Shown in pieces: positions 11,301 through 28,167 of a DNA stretch of 64,000 nucleotides. The DNA is from the human T2T-CHM13v2.0 reference genome, Homo sapiens. How positions within the stretch are numbered: the stretch's first letter is position 1; every line of letters begins with the position of its first letter. Location: NCBI GenBank assembly GCA_009914755.4, contig CP068257.2, forward strand, positions 10,048,001 through 10,112,000, in the 5' to 3' direction. The translations under genes and the position numbers were made by a program. Below the pieces are notes generated by a model, which had not been told where the DNA came from, made no database searches, and saw only the letters and a list, made by a program, of their open reading frames with translations.

Positions 11301-14300
11301 GTAGAATCTGCAAATTGACATTGGGAGTGCTTTGAGGCCTACAGTGGAAAAGGAAATATGTTCACATAAAAACTAGACAGAAGCATTCTGAGAAACTTCT
11401 TTGTGATGTGTGCATTCATCTCAAAGAGTTGAAACTTTCTTTTGATGGACCAGGTTTGAAATACTCCTTTTGTAGAATCTGCCAGGGGGCATTTCGAGCA
11501 CCTTGAGGCCTAAGGTGAAAGTGAAATATCTTCATATAAAATCTTGACAGAAGCAATCTTAGAAACTTCTCTGTGATGTGTGCATTCATCTCACTAAGTG
11601 AAACCTTTCTTTTGATTGAGCAGTTTTGAAACTCTCTTTTTGTTGAATCTGCAGTTGGACACTTGGAGCGCTTTGAGGCCTAAGGTGGAAAAGGAAATAT
11701 CTTCACATAAAAACTAGACAGAAGAATTCTGAGAAACTTCTTTGTAATGTGTGCGTTCATTTCACAGAGTTGAACCTTTCTTTTGATTGAGCAGTTTTGA
11801 AACACTCTTATTGTAGAATCTGCATGTGGACATTTGGAGCACTTTGTGGCCTATGGTAGAAAAGGAAATATCTTCACATAAAATCTAGACAGAAGCAATC
11901 TGAGAAAATTCTTTGTGATGTGTGCATTCACCTTACAGAGTAAAACCTTTCTTTTGATTGAGCACTTTTAAAACTCTCTTTTTGTAGGATCTGCAAGTGG
12001 ACATTTGTAGCACCTTGAGGCCTATGATGGAAAAGGAAATATCTTCACTTAAAAAATAAACAGAAGAATTCTGAGAAACTTCTTTTTTATATGTGTGTTC
12101 ATCTCACAGAGTTGAACCTTTGATTGAGCAGTTTGGAAACTCTCTTTTTGTAGAATCTGCAAGTGGACATTTGGAGTGTTTTGTAGCCTATGGTAGAAAG
12201 GGAAATATCTTTACATACAATCTAGACAGAAGTAATCTGAGAATCTTCTCTGTGATGTGTGCATTCATCTCACAGAGTTAAGCCTTTATTATGATTGAGC
12301 ACTTTTGAAACTCTCTTTTTGTAGAATCTGCAATTGGACATTTGGAAGGCTTTGGGGCCTATGGTGGAAAAGGAAATATCTTCACATAAAAACAAGATAG
12401 AAGCGTTCTGAGAAACTTCTTTGTGATGTGTGCATCCATCTCCCAGAGTTGAACCTTTCTTTGGATGGACCAGTTTTGAAATACTGTTTTTGTAGGATCT
12501 GCAAGTGGACATTTTGAGCGCCTTGAGGCCTACGGTGGAAAAGGAAATATCTTCACATAGAAACTAGACAGAAGCATTCTGAGAAACCTCTTTGTGATGT
12601 GTGCATTCATCTCAAGGAGGTGAAACTTTCTTTTGATGGACCAGGTTCGAAATTCTCCTTTTGTAGAATCTGCCAGGGGGCATTTTGAGTGCCTTGAGGC
12701 CTATGGTGGAAAATGAAATATCTTCATATAAAAACTAGACAGAAGCATTCTGAGAAAGTTCTTTGTGATGTGTGCATTCATCTCACAGAGTTGAATCTTT
12801 CTTTTGATTGAGAAGTTTGGAAACACTGTTTTTGTAGAATCTGCAAGGGGCAGTTGGAACGCTTATTGTTCTATGGTGGAAAAGGAAATAACTTCATATA
12901 AAATCTAGACAGAAGCAATCTGAGAAACTTTTTGTGATGTGTGCTTTCATCTCACAGACTTAAACCTTCCTTTTGATTGAGCAGCTTTAGAAATCTCTTT
13001 TTGCAGAATCTGCAAGTGGACATTTGGAATGCTTTTAGGCCTATGGAAGAAAAGGAATTATCTTCACATAAAAACTAGCCAGAAGAATTCTGAGAGAATT
13101 CTTTGTGATGTGTGCATTCATCTGGCAGAGTTGAACCTTTCTTTTGATTGAGCAGTTTGGAAACACTCTTTTTGTAGAACCTGCAAGTGGACATTTGGAG
13201 CACTTTGCGGCCTATGGTAGAAAAGGAAATATCTTCACAAAAAATCTAGACAGAACCATTCTGAGAAACGAGTTTTTCTTGTGTGCATTCATCTCACAGA
13301 GTTAACCATTTCTTTTGATTGAGCATTTTTGAAACTCTATTTTTGTAGAATCTGCAAGTGGACATTTGGAGCACTTTGAGGCCTATGGTGTAAAAGGAAA
13401 TATCTTCACATAAAAACTAGATAGAAGCATTCAGAGAAACTTCTTTGTGATGTGTGCAATCATTTCCCAGAGTTAAACCTTTTTTTCTGATGGACCAATT
13501 ATGAAATAGTCTTTTTGTAGAATTTGCAGTTGGACATTTCGAGCACCTTGAGGACTATGGTGGAAAATGAAATATCTTCACATAAAAACTAGACACAAGT
13601 ATTCTGAGCAACTTCTATGTGATGTGTGCATTCATCTCACAGAGTTGGACCTTTCTTTTGATTGAGAAGTTTGTAAACCCTCTATTTGGAGAATCTGCAA
13701 GTGTACATTTGGAGTGCTTTGCCACCTATGGTAGAAAAGGAACTATCTTCACATAAAATCTAGACATAAGCAATCAGAGAAACTACTTTGTGTTTTGTGC
13801 ATGCCCCTGAGAGAGTTAAACCTTTCTTTTGATTGAGGAGTTTTGAAACTCTCTTTTTGTAGAATCCGCAAGTCGATATTTGGAGGGCATTAAGGCCTCT
13901 GGTGGAAAAGGAAATATCTTCACATAAAAACTAAACAGAAGAATTCTGAGAAACTTCTTTGTGATGCGTGCATTCATCTTACAGAGGTGAACCTCTTTTT
14001 TGATTGAGCTGTTTGGAAACATTCTTTTTGTGGAATCTACAAGTGGATATTTGGAACGCTTTGGGGCCTGTGGTAGAAAAGGAAATATCTTCACATAAAA
14101 TCTAGACAGAATCAACCTGACAAACGTCCTTGTGACGTGTGCTTTTGTCTAAGAGAGTTAAACCTTTCTTTTGATTGAGGAGTTTTGAAACTCTCCTTTT
14201 GTAAAATCTGCAAGTGGATATTTGGAGTGCTTTGAGGCCTATGGTGGAAAAGGAAATATCTTCACATAAAAACTAGACAGAAGAGTTCTGAGAAACTTCT

Positions 14301-14650
14301 TTGTGATGTGTGCGTTCATCTCACAGTGTTCAAAGTTTCTTTTCATGGAGCAATTTGGAAACACTCTTTTTGTAGAATCTTCAAGTGGACATTTGGAGGG
14401 CTTTGAGGCCTCTGGTGGAAAAGCAAATATCTTCACATGAAAACTGGAGAGAAGAATTCTGTGAAACTTTTTTCTGATACATGCGTCCATCTCACACAGA
14501 TGAACCTTCCTTTTGATTGGGCAGTTTGGAGACACTCTTTCTGTAGAATCTGCAAGTGGACGTTTGGAGCCCTTTGTGACCAATGGTAGAAAAGGAAGTA
14601 TCTTCATATAAATCTCTGCCGAAACAACCAGATAAACTTCTTTGTGATGT
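5308..14650 (+). repeat. Alpha satellite layer A: 171-bp monomers in consensus orientation, predominantly dimeric (alternating 'ggtagaaaagg...aaatctagacagaagcaatctgag...gagttaaacc' and 'ggtggaaaagg...aaaactagacagaagaattctgag...gagttgaacc' monomer types); 'caagtggacatttggag' type
   Basis: 'cttcac' landmarks at 5387, 5558, 5729 give a 171-bp period. Matches the alpha-satellite consensus (cattctcagaaacttctttgtgatg...gagcagttttgaaacactctttttgtagaatctgcaagtgga...). A-type monomers. Confidence 0.9.
8037..8076 (+). repeat. T-rich/(TTTG)n simple-repeat expansion inside one alpha monomer
   Basis: gagcagttttttttttgtttgtttgtttgtttttttagaatc. Confidence 0.7.
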
Positions 14651-17600
14651 GTACATTCATCTCACAGAGTTGAACCTTTCTTTTGATTGAGCAGTTTTGA
14701 AACACTCTTTTTGTAGAATGTGCAAGTGGATATTTGGAGCTCTTTGTGGCCTATGGCAGAAAAGGAAATATCTTCACATAAAAATTACAAAGAAGCATTC
14801 TGATAGACATGTTTGTGTTGAGTGCATTCAGCTCACAGAATTGAACCTATGTTTTGATTGAGCAGGTTTGAAACACTCTTTGTAGAATCTGCAAGTGGAT
14901 ATTTGGATCGATTTGACGCCTATTGTGGAAAAGGAAATATCTTCACATAAAACCTACACAGCAGCATTCTGAGAAACTTCTTTGTTTTGTGTGCATTCAA
15001 CTCATGGAGTCAAACCTATCTTTTGATTGAGCAGTTTTGAATCTCTCTTTTTGCATAATCTGTGAGTGGATATTTGGAGAGATTTGAGGCCTATTGTGGA
15101 AAAGGAAATATCTTCACAGCGAAACTACACAGAAGCATTCTGAGAAACTTCATGGTGATGTGTGCGTTCATCTCACAGAGATGAATCTTTCTTTTCATTT
15201 AGCAGTTTTGAAACACTGTATAATCTGCAAGCGGATAGTTGGAGTGCTTTGAGGCCTATTGTTGAAAAGAAAATATCTTCAAATGAAATCTACACAGAAG
15301 CATTCTGAGAAACCTCTTTGTGATGTGTGCATTCATCTCACAGAGTTGAACCTTTCTTTTGATTGAGCAGTTTTGAAAAACTCTTTATGTAGAATCTGCA
15401 AGTTGATATTTGGAGCGCTTAGATTCCTATTGTGGAAAAGGAAATATCTTTACATAAAAACTGCATAGAATCATTCTGAGAAACTTCTGTGGGATGTGTG
15501 CATTCATCTCACAATGTTGAACCTTTCTTTTCATTCAGCAGTTTTGAATCTTTCTGTTTGTAGAATCTGCAAGTGGATATATGGAGAGCTTTGAGGCCTA
15601 TGGTGGAAATGGAAATATCTTCACATAAAAACTACACAGAAGTATTCTGAGAAACACCTTTGTTAAGGTTAAGTGTGCATTAAACTCACAGAGTTGAAAC
15701 TTTCTTTTGATTGAGCAGTTTTGAATCTCTCTTTTGGTAGAATCTACAAGAGGATATTTGGAGCCATTTTCAGCCTATGGTGGAAAAGGAAATACCTTCA
15801 CATGAAAACTACAAAAAAGATTTCTGAGGAACTTCTATGTCATGTGTGCCTTCATCTCACAGAGTTGAACCTTTCTTTTGATTTAGCAGTTTGGAAACAC
15901 TCTTTTTGTTGTATCTACAAGTGACTGTTTGGACCACTTTGAAGCCTATGGTGGAAAAGGAAATATCTTTAAATAAAAACTACACAGAAGCATTCTGAGA
16001 AACTTCTTTGTGATGTGTGCTTTCATCTCACATTATTGAACCTATCTTATGATTGGGCAGTTTTGAAACACTCTTTTTATAGAATCTGCAAGTGTATATT
16101 TGGAGCCGATGTGGCCTATTGTGAAAAAGGAAATATCTTCACATAAAAACTACACAGAAGCATTCTGAGAAACCACTTTGTGATATGTGCATTAAACTCA
16201 CAGAGTTGAATCTATCTTTTCATTGAGCAGTTTTGATTCCCTCTTTTTGTAGGATTTGCAAGTGGTCATATGGAGCCCTTTGCGGCCTATGGAGGAAAAG
16301 GAAATATCTTCAAATAAAAACTACCCAGAAGCATTCTGAGGAACTTCTTTGCTATGTGTGCATTCAACTCACAGAGTTGAAACTATCTTATGATTCAGCA
16401 GTTTTGAAGCACTGTTTTTGTAGAGTCTTCAAGTGGATATTTGGAGCACTTTGAGGCCTACTGTGGAAAAGCAAATATCTTCACATAAAAACTGCACAGA
16501 AGCATTCTGAGAAACTTCTTTGTGATGTGTGCATTCAACTCACAGAATCGAACCTATATTTTGATGGAGCAGTTTTTAATCTCTCTTTTTGCAGAATCTG
16601 CAAGTGGATATTTGGAGGCCTTTGAAGCCTAGTGTGGAAAAGGAAATATCTTCACATAACAACTACACAGAAGCATTCTGAGAAACTTTTTGTGATGTGT
16701 GTATTCAACTCACAGAGTTGAACCTATGTTTTGATTGAACAGTTTTGAATCGCTCTTTTTGTAGAATCTGAGAGTGAATATTTGCAGTGCTTTTAGGTCT
16801 ATTGTGGAAAAGGAAATATTTTCACATAAAAACTACACAGAAGCTTTCTGAGAAATTTCTTTGTTATGAGTGCATTCATCACACATAGTTGAACCTTTCT
16901 TTTTGATTGAACAGTTTTGTAACACTCTTTATGTAGAAACTGCAAGTGGATATTTGGAGGGCTTTGAGGTCTATTTTGGAAAAGGCAATATCTTCATATC
17001 AAAACTACACAGAAGCATTCTGAGAAACTTCTTTGTGATGTGTACATTCAACTCACAGTGTTGAAACTATCTTTTGATAGAGCAGTTTTGAAACACTCTT
17101 TTTGTAGAATCTGCAAGTGTATATTTGGAAAGCTTTGAGGCCTACTGTGGAAAAGGAAATATCTTCATGTAAAAACTACACTTAGGCAGTCTGAGAAACT
17201 TCTTTATGATGTGTGCATTCATCATACAGATTTTAACTTCTTTTGATTGAGCAGATTTGAAACACTCTTTTTGTAGAATCGGCAGGTGGATATTTGGAGG
17301 GTTTTGAGGCCTATTTTGGAAAAGGAAATATCTTCACATAAAAACTACACAGAAGCATTCTGAGAAACATCTTTGTGATGTGTACATTCAACTCACAGAG
17401 TTGAACCAATGTCTTAGTGGAGCAGTTTTGAATCTTTTTGTGGAATCTTCAACCGGATATTTGGAGCCCTTATCAGCCTATGGTGGAAAAGGAAATATCT
17501 TTAAATAAACTCTACACGGAGGAATTGTGAGAAATTTCTTTGTGATGTGTGAACTCATCTCACAGAGTTGAAATTTCCTTTTGATTGAGCAGTTTTGAAA

Positions 17601-20600
17601 TGCTGTTTTCATAGAATCTGCAAGTGGATATTTGGAGCGCTTTGAGGCCTATTGTGGAAAGGGAAATATCTTCACATAAAAACTACACAGAAGCATTCTG
17701 AAAAACTACTTTGTGATGTGTGCATTCATCTCACAGTGTTGAAATTTTCTTTTGATTGAGCAATTCTGAAATGCTGTTTTCATAGAATCTGCAAGTGGAT
17801 ATTCAGAGCGCTTTGAAGCCTACTGTGGAAGAACAAATATCTTCACATAAGAACTGCACTGAGGCATTCTGAGAAACTTCTTCATGATGTGTGCATTCAA
17901 CTCACATAGTTGAACCTATCTTTTGATTGGGCAGTATTGGATCTCTCTTCGTAGAATCTGCAATTGGATATTTGGTGCCCTTTGTGGCCTATGAATGAAA
18001 AGGAAATACCTTAAAAGAAAAGGTACACAGAAGCATTCAGAGAAACTTCTTCATGATGTGTGCATTCATCTCACAGAGGTGAACCTTTCATTTGATTGAG
18101 CAGTTTTGAAACACTCTCTTTGTAGAATCTGTAAGTGGATACTTGGAGCCTTTTGAGGCCTACTGTGGAAAAGGAAATATCTTCACATAAAAACTACACA
18201 GAAGATTTCTGGGAAACTTCCCTGGGATATGTGCATTCCTCTCACAGAGTTGAACATTTCTTTTGATTGAGCAGTTTGGAAACACTCTTTTTGAACCGTC
18301 TGCAAGTGGATATTTGGAGTAATTGAGGCCTACTCTGAAGAAGAAAATATCTTCACATAAAATCAACACAGAGGCATTCTGAGAAACTTCTATGAGATGT
18401 GTGCCTTCATCTCACAGAGTTGAACATTTCTTTTGATTGAGCAGTTTTGAAACAATCTTTTTGTAGGATCTGCAAGCAGATATTTGGAGCCCTTTGTGGC
18501 CTAAAGTGGAAAAGGAAATATCTTCAAATAAAAACTACACAGAAGCATTCTGAGGAACTTCTTTGTTATGTGTGCATTCAACTCACAGAGTTGAAATTAT
18601 CTTATGATTCAGCAGTTTTGAAACACTGTTTTTGTAGAATCTTCAAATGGATATTTGGAGCGTTTTGAGGCCTACTGTGGAAAAGCAAATATCTTCACAT
18701 AAAAACTTCACAGAAGAATTCTGGGAAACTTCTTTGTGATGTCTGCATTCATCTCACACAGCTGAACCTGTCTTATGATAGAGCAGTATTGAAACAATCT
18801 TTTTGTAGAATCCACAAGTGGATATTTGGAGTGTTTTGAGACCTATTTTGGAAAACAAAATATCTTAACATAAAAACTACACAAAAGTACCCTGATAAAC
18901 TTATTTGTGATGTGTGCATTTATCTCAGAGATTTGAAACTATCTTATGATTTAGCAGTTATGAAACACTCTATTTGTAGAATCTGCAAGTGGATATTTGG
19001 GGCCTTTTGAGGACTATTGTGGAAAAGGAAATATCTTCACATAAAAACAACACAGAAGCATTCTGAGAAACTTCTTTGTGATGGGTGCATTCATCTCACA
19101 GGGTTGAACCTATTTTATAATTCAGCAGTTTTGAAATACTCTATTTGTAGAATATGCAAGTGGATATTTGGAGCGCTTTGAGGCCAACAGTTGAACAGCA
19201 AATATATTTACATAAAAACTACACAGAAGCATTCTGAGAAACTTCTTTGTGATGTGTTCATTCATCTTACAGAGTTGAACCTTTCTTTTGATTGAGCAGT
19301 TTTGAAACACTCTTTGTGTAGAATCTGCATTTGGATATTTGGAGAACTTTGATGCATATTGTGGAAAAGGAAATATCTTCAAATAAAAACTACACAGTAG
19401 CATTCTGATAAACTTCTTTGTGAATTGTGAATTCCTCTCACAGAGTTTAACCTATGTTTTGTTTGAGCAGTTTTTAATCTCTTTTTGTAGAATCTGAACA
19501 GAGTGCTTTGAGGCCTATTGTGGAAAAGGAAATATCTTCACATAAAAATTTCACAGAAGTATTCTGAGAAACTACTGTCTGATGAGTGTATTCATCACAC
19601 AGGATGAACGTGTCTTTTGATTGAGCAGTATTGAAACACTGTTTTTGTATATTCTGCAAGTGGATATTTGGAACGCTTTGAGGCCTATTGTGGAAAAGAA
19701 AATATCTTCACTTAAAGACCACACAGAAGCATTCTGAGAAACTTCTTTGTGATGTGTACATTCAACTCACCGATGTGAATCTATCTTTTGATTAGCAGTT
19801 TTGAAACTCTCTTTTTGTAGTATCTGCAGTTGTATATTTGGAGCCCTTTGAGACCTATGATGGAAAAAGAAATGCCTTCATATGAAAACTACACAGAAGT
19901 ATTCTGAGAAACTCCTTTGTGATGTGTGCATTCAACTCACAGATTTGAACCTATCATTTGATTGAGCCATTTTGAAACTGTCTTTTTCTATTATCTGCAA
20001 GTGAATATTTCTAGCCTTTTGTGGCCTATTTTGGAAAAGGACATGCCTTCACATAAAAAACAAACAGAAGTATTCTGAGAAACTTCTTTGTGATGTGAGC
20101 ATTCATCTCACAGAGATGAACCTTTCTTTTGATTGAGCAGTTTTGAAAGAATCTTTTTGAAGTATCTGCAAGTGAATATTTGGAGCACTTTGAGGCCTAA
20201 TGTGTGGAAGAAATATCTTCACATAAAAACTACATAGAAGCTTTCTGAGAAACTTCTCTGTGATGTGTGCATTCAACTCATGGAGTTGAACCTATTTTTT
20301 CATTGAACAGTTTTGAAACTCTTTTTGTAGAATCTGCAAGTGGATATTTGGAGCCATTTGTGGCCTATGGTGGAAATGGGAATATCTTCAACTAAAAACT
20401 ACACAGAAGCATTCTGAGAAACTTCGTGGTGATGTGTGCATTCATCTCACAGAGATGAATCTTTCTTTTTCATTTAGCAGTTTTTAAACACTCTGTTTGT
20501 AGAATCTGCAAGTGGATAATTGGAGCACTTTGAGGCAAATAGTTGAAAAGAAAATATCTTCACATGAAATCTACACAGAAGCATTCCGAGAAACCTCTTC

Positions 20601-21981
20601 GTGAAGTGTGCTTTCATCTCACAGAGTTGAACCTTTCTTTTGATTGAGCAGTTTTGAAAAACTCTTTTTGTAGAATCTGCAAGTTGATATTTGGAGCGCT
20701 TAGGTTCCTATTGTGGAAAAGGAAATATCTTCACATAAAAGCTGCACAGAATCATTCTAAGAAAGTTCTGTGTGATGTGTGCATTCATCTCACAGTGTTG
20801 AACTTTTCTTTTCATTCAGCAGTTTTGAAACTTTCTTTTTGTAGAATCTGCAGGTGGATATTTGGAGCTCTTTGAGTCCTATGGTGGAAATGGAAATATC
20901 TTCACATAAAAACTACACAGAAGCATTATGAGAAACATCTTTGTTAACACAGAAGCATTCTGAGAAACATATTTGTTAAGTGTGCATTAAACTAACAGAG
21001 TTGAAACTATCTTTCGATTGAGCAGTTTTGAATCTCACTTTTTGTAGAATCTGCAAGAGGATATTTGGAGCCCTTTGCGGCCTACAGTGGAAAAGGACAT
21101 ACCTTCACATAAAAACTACAAAAAAGATTTCTGAGGACATTCTTTGTCATGTGTGCCTTCATCTCACGGAGTTGAACCTTTCTTTTGATTGAGCAGTTTG
21201 GAAACACTTTTTTTGTAGTATCTAAAGTGGATGATTGGATCGCTTTGAGGCCTATGGTGGAAAAGGAAATATCTTCACATGAGAACTACACAGAAGCATT
21301 CTGAGAAACTTCTCTGCAATGTGTGCATTCAACTCACAAGTTTGAACCTATCTTTTGATTCAGCAATTTTGAAACTCTCTTTTTGTAGAATCCGCAAGTG
21401 GATATTTGGAACTATTTGCTACCTATTGTGGAAAAGGAGATATCTTCACATAAAAACTACAGAGAAGCATTCTGAGAAACTTCTTTGTGATTTGTGCATT
21501 CATCTCACAGAGTTGAACCTTTCTTTTGATTAAGCAGTTATGAAACAGTCTTTTTAAAGGATCAGCAAGTGGATATTTGGAGGACTTTTAGGCCTATTGT
21601 GTAAAAGGAGATATCTTCACATAAAAACTAAGCAGAACCATTCTGAGAAACTACTTTGCAATGTGTGCATTCATCTCACAGAGTTGAAACTTTCTTTTGA
21701 TTGAGCAGTTTGGAAACACTCACTTTGTAGAATCTGCAAGTGGATATTTGGAGCGCTTTGTGGCCTATGGTGGAAATGGGTATACCTTCACATAAAAACT
21801 ATGTGGAAGTATTCAGAGAAACTTCTTTGTGATGTGTGCATACAACTCACAGAGTTGAAACTTTCGTTTGGTTGAGCAGTTTTGAAACTCTCTTTTTGTA
21901 GAATCTGCAAGTGGATATTTGGAGCCCTTTGTGGCCTATGGTGGAAAGGGAAATATTTTCACATAAAAACTACACAGAAGC
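14651..21981 (+). repeat. Alpha satellite layer B: monomeric, divergent; 'caagtggatatttggag' / 'aaaactacacagaagcattctgag' / 'cctattgtggaaaagg' type
   Basis: Abrupt change of diagnostic positions around 14.62-14.70 kb (ggacatttgg becomes ggatatttgg; ctagacagaag becomes ctacacagaag). The 171-bp period is maintained. Confidence 0.85.
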
Positions 21982-23029
21982 CAACTGGCAAATGAGGTGG
22001 CAGTCAAGATGGCCAAATAGGAACAGCTCTGTTCTACAGCTCCCAGCATGAGTGACACAGAAGATGAATGATTTCCTCATTTCCATCTGAGATACCTGGT
22101 TCATCCCACTAGGGAGTGCCAGACAGTTGGCGCAGGATAGTGGGTGCAGCGCACCATGTGTGGGCAGAAGCAGAGTGAGGCATTTCCTCACTTGGGAAGT
22201 GCAAGTGGTTAGGGAGTTCCCTTTCCTAGTCAAATAAAGGGGCGACAGACGGCACCTGGGAAATCCAGTCACTCCCACACTAATACTGTACTTTTTCAAT
22301 GGGCTTAAAAAATGGCGCACCAGGAGATTATATCCCACACCTTGCTTGGAGGGTCCTATGTCCACGGTGTCTCACTGATTGCTAGCACAGCAGTCTGTGA
22401 TCAAACTAAAAGGTGGCAGTGAAGCTGGGGGTGGGGCACCCCCCATTGCCCAGGCTTGCTTAGGTAAACAAAGCTGCTGGAAAGCTCGAAGTAGGTGTAG
22501 CCCACCACAGCTCTAGGAGACCTGCCTTCCTCTGTAGGCTCCACCTCTGGGGGCAGGGCACAGACAAACAAAAAGACAGCAGTAACCTCTGCAGACTTAA
22601 ATGTCCCTGTCTGACAGCTTTGAAGAGAGCAGTGGTTCTCCCAGCACACAGCTGGAGATCTGAGAATGGGCAGACTGCCTCCTCAAGTGGGTACCTGACC
22701 CCTGGACCCCGAGCAGCCTAACTGGGAGACACCCCTCAGTAGGGGCAGACTGACACCTCACATGGCCGGGTAGTCCTCTGAGACAAAATTTCCAGAGCAA
22801 AGATCAGACAGCAGCATTCGTGGTTCATGAAAATCCGCTGTTCTGCAGTCACAGCTGCTGATATCCAGGCAAACAGGATCTGGAGTGGACCTCCAGCAAA
22901 CTCCAACAGACCTGCAGCTGAGGGTCCTGTCTTTTAGAAGGAAAACTAACAAACAGAAAGGACATCCACACCAAAAACCCATCTGTATATCACCACCATA
23001 AAAGACCAAAAGTAGATAAAACCACAATG
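21982..23029 (+). promoter_or_regulatory. L1 5'UTR (internal promoter region, presumably inactive), with ~20 bp of non-canonical sequence (caactggcaaatgaggtg) upstream of the YY1-box region
   Basis: Homology to the L1PA 5'UTR from 'caagatggccaaatagg' onward. Promoter activity cannot be inferred from sequence alone. Confidence 0.4.
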
Positions 23030-24044
23030 ATGGGGAAAAAACAGAGCAGAAAAACTAGAAACTCTAAAAACAGAGTGCCTCTCCTCCTCCAAAGGAATGC
23101 AGTTCCTCATAAGAAATGGAACAAAGCTGGACGGAGAATGACTTTGACGAGTTGAGAGAAGAAGGCTTCAGACAATCAAATTACTCGGAGCTACAGGAGG
23201 AAATTCAAACCAAAGGCAAAGAAGTTAAAAACATTGAAAAAATTTAGACGAATGTATAACTAGAATAACCAACACAGAGAAGTGCTTAAAGGAGCTGATG
23301 GAGCTGAAAGCCAAGGCTCCAGAACTACATGAAAAATGCAGAAGCCTCAGGAGCAGATACGATCAACTGGAAGAAAAGGTATCAGTGATGGAAGTTGAAA
23401 TAAATGAAATAAAGTGAGAAGGGAAGTTTAGAGAAAAAAGAATAAAAAGAAATGAACAAAGACTGCAAGAAATATGGGACTATGTGAAAAGACCAAATCT
23501 ACGTCTGATTGGTGTACCTGAAAGTGATGTGGAGAATGGAACCAAGTTGGAAAACACTCTGCAGGATATTATCCAGGAGAACTTCCCCAATCTATCAAGG
23601 CAGGCCAACATTCAGATTCAGAAAATACAGAGAATGCCACAAAGGTACTCCTCGAGAAGAGCAACTCCAAGACAAATAATTGTCAGATTCACCAAAGTTG
23701 AAATAAAGGAAAAAATGTTAAGGGCAGCCAGAGAGAAAGGTGGTGTTACCCTCAAAGGGAAGCCCATCAGACTAACAGCAGATCTCTTGGCAGAAACTCT
23801 ACAAGCCAGATGAGAGTGTGGGCCAATATTCAACATTTTTAAAGAAAAGAATTTTCAACCCAGAATTTCATATCCAGCCAAACTAAGCTTCATAAGTGAA
23901 GGAGAAATAAAATACTTTACAGACAATCAAATGCTGAGAGATTGTGTCACCACCAGGCCTGCCCTAAAAGAGCTCCTGAAGGAAGAACTAAACATGGAAA
24001 GAAACAACCAGTACCAGCCAGTGCAAAATCATGCCAAATTGTAA
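23030..24044 (+). pseudogene. L1 ORF1 (disrupted)
   Basis: ATGGGGAAAAAACAGAGCAG start; frameshift leads to a stop within ~50 codons; a later in-frame segment (23484-23813) encodes KRPNLRLIGVPESDVENGTKLENTLQDIIQENFPNL...; terminal ...MPNCK-like end with TAA at 24042. Confidence 0.85.
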
Positions 24045-24107
24045 AGTCCACTGTGGCTAGTAAGAAACTGCATCAACTAACGAGCAAAATAACCAAAAAA
24101 CATCATA

Positions 24108-27932
<3,825 letters not shown>

Positions 27933-28167
27933 GCGATGAGAACACATGGACACAGGAAGGGGAACATCACACTCTGGGGACTGATGTGGGGTGGGGGTAG
28001 GGGGGAGGGAGAGCATTAGGAGATATACCTAATGCTAAATGACGAGTTAATGGATGCAGCACACCAACATGGCACATGTACACATATGTAACTAACCTGC
28101 ACAATGTGCACATGTACCCTAAAACTTAAAGTATAATAATAATAAAATAAATTAAATTTAAAAAAAA

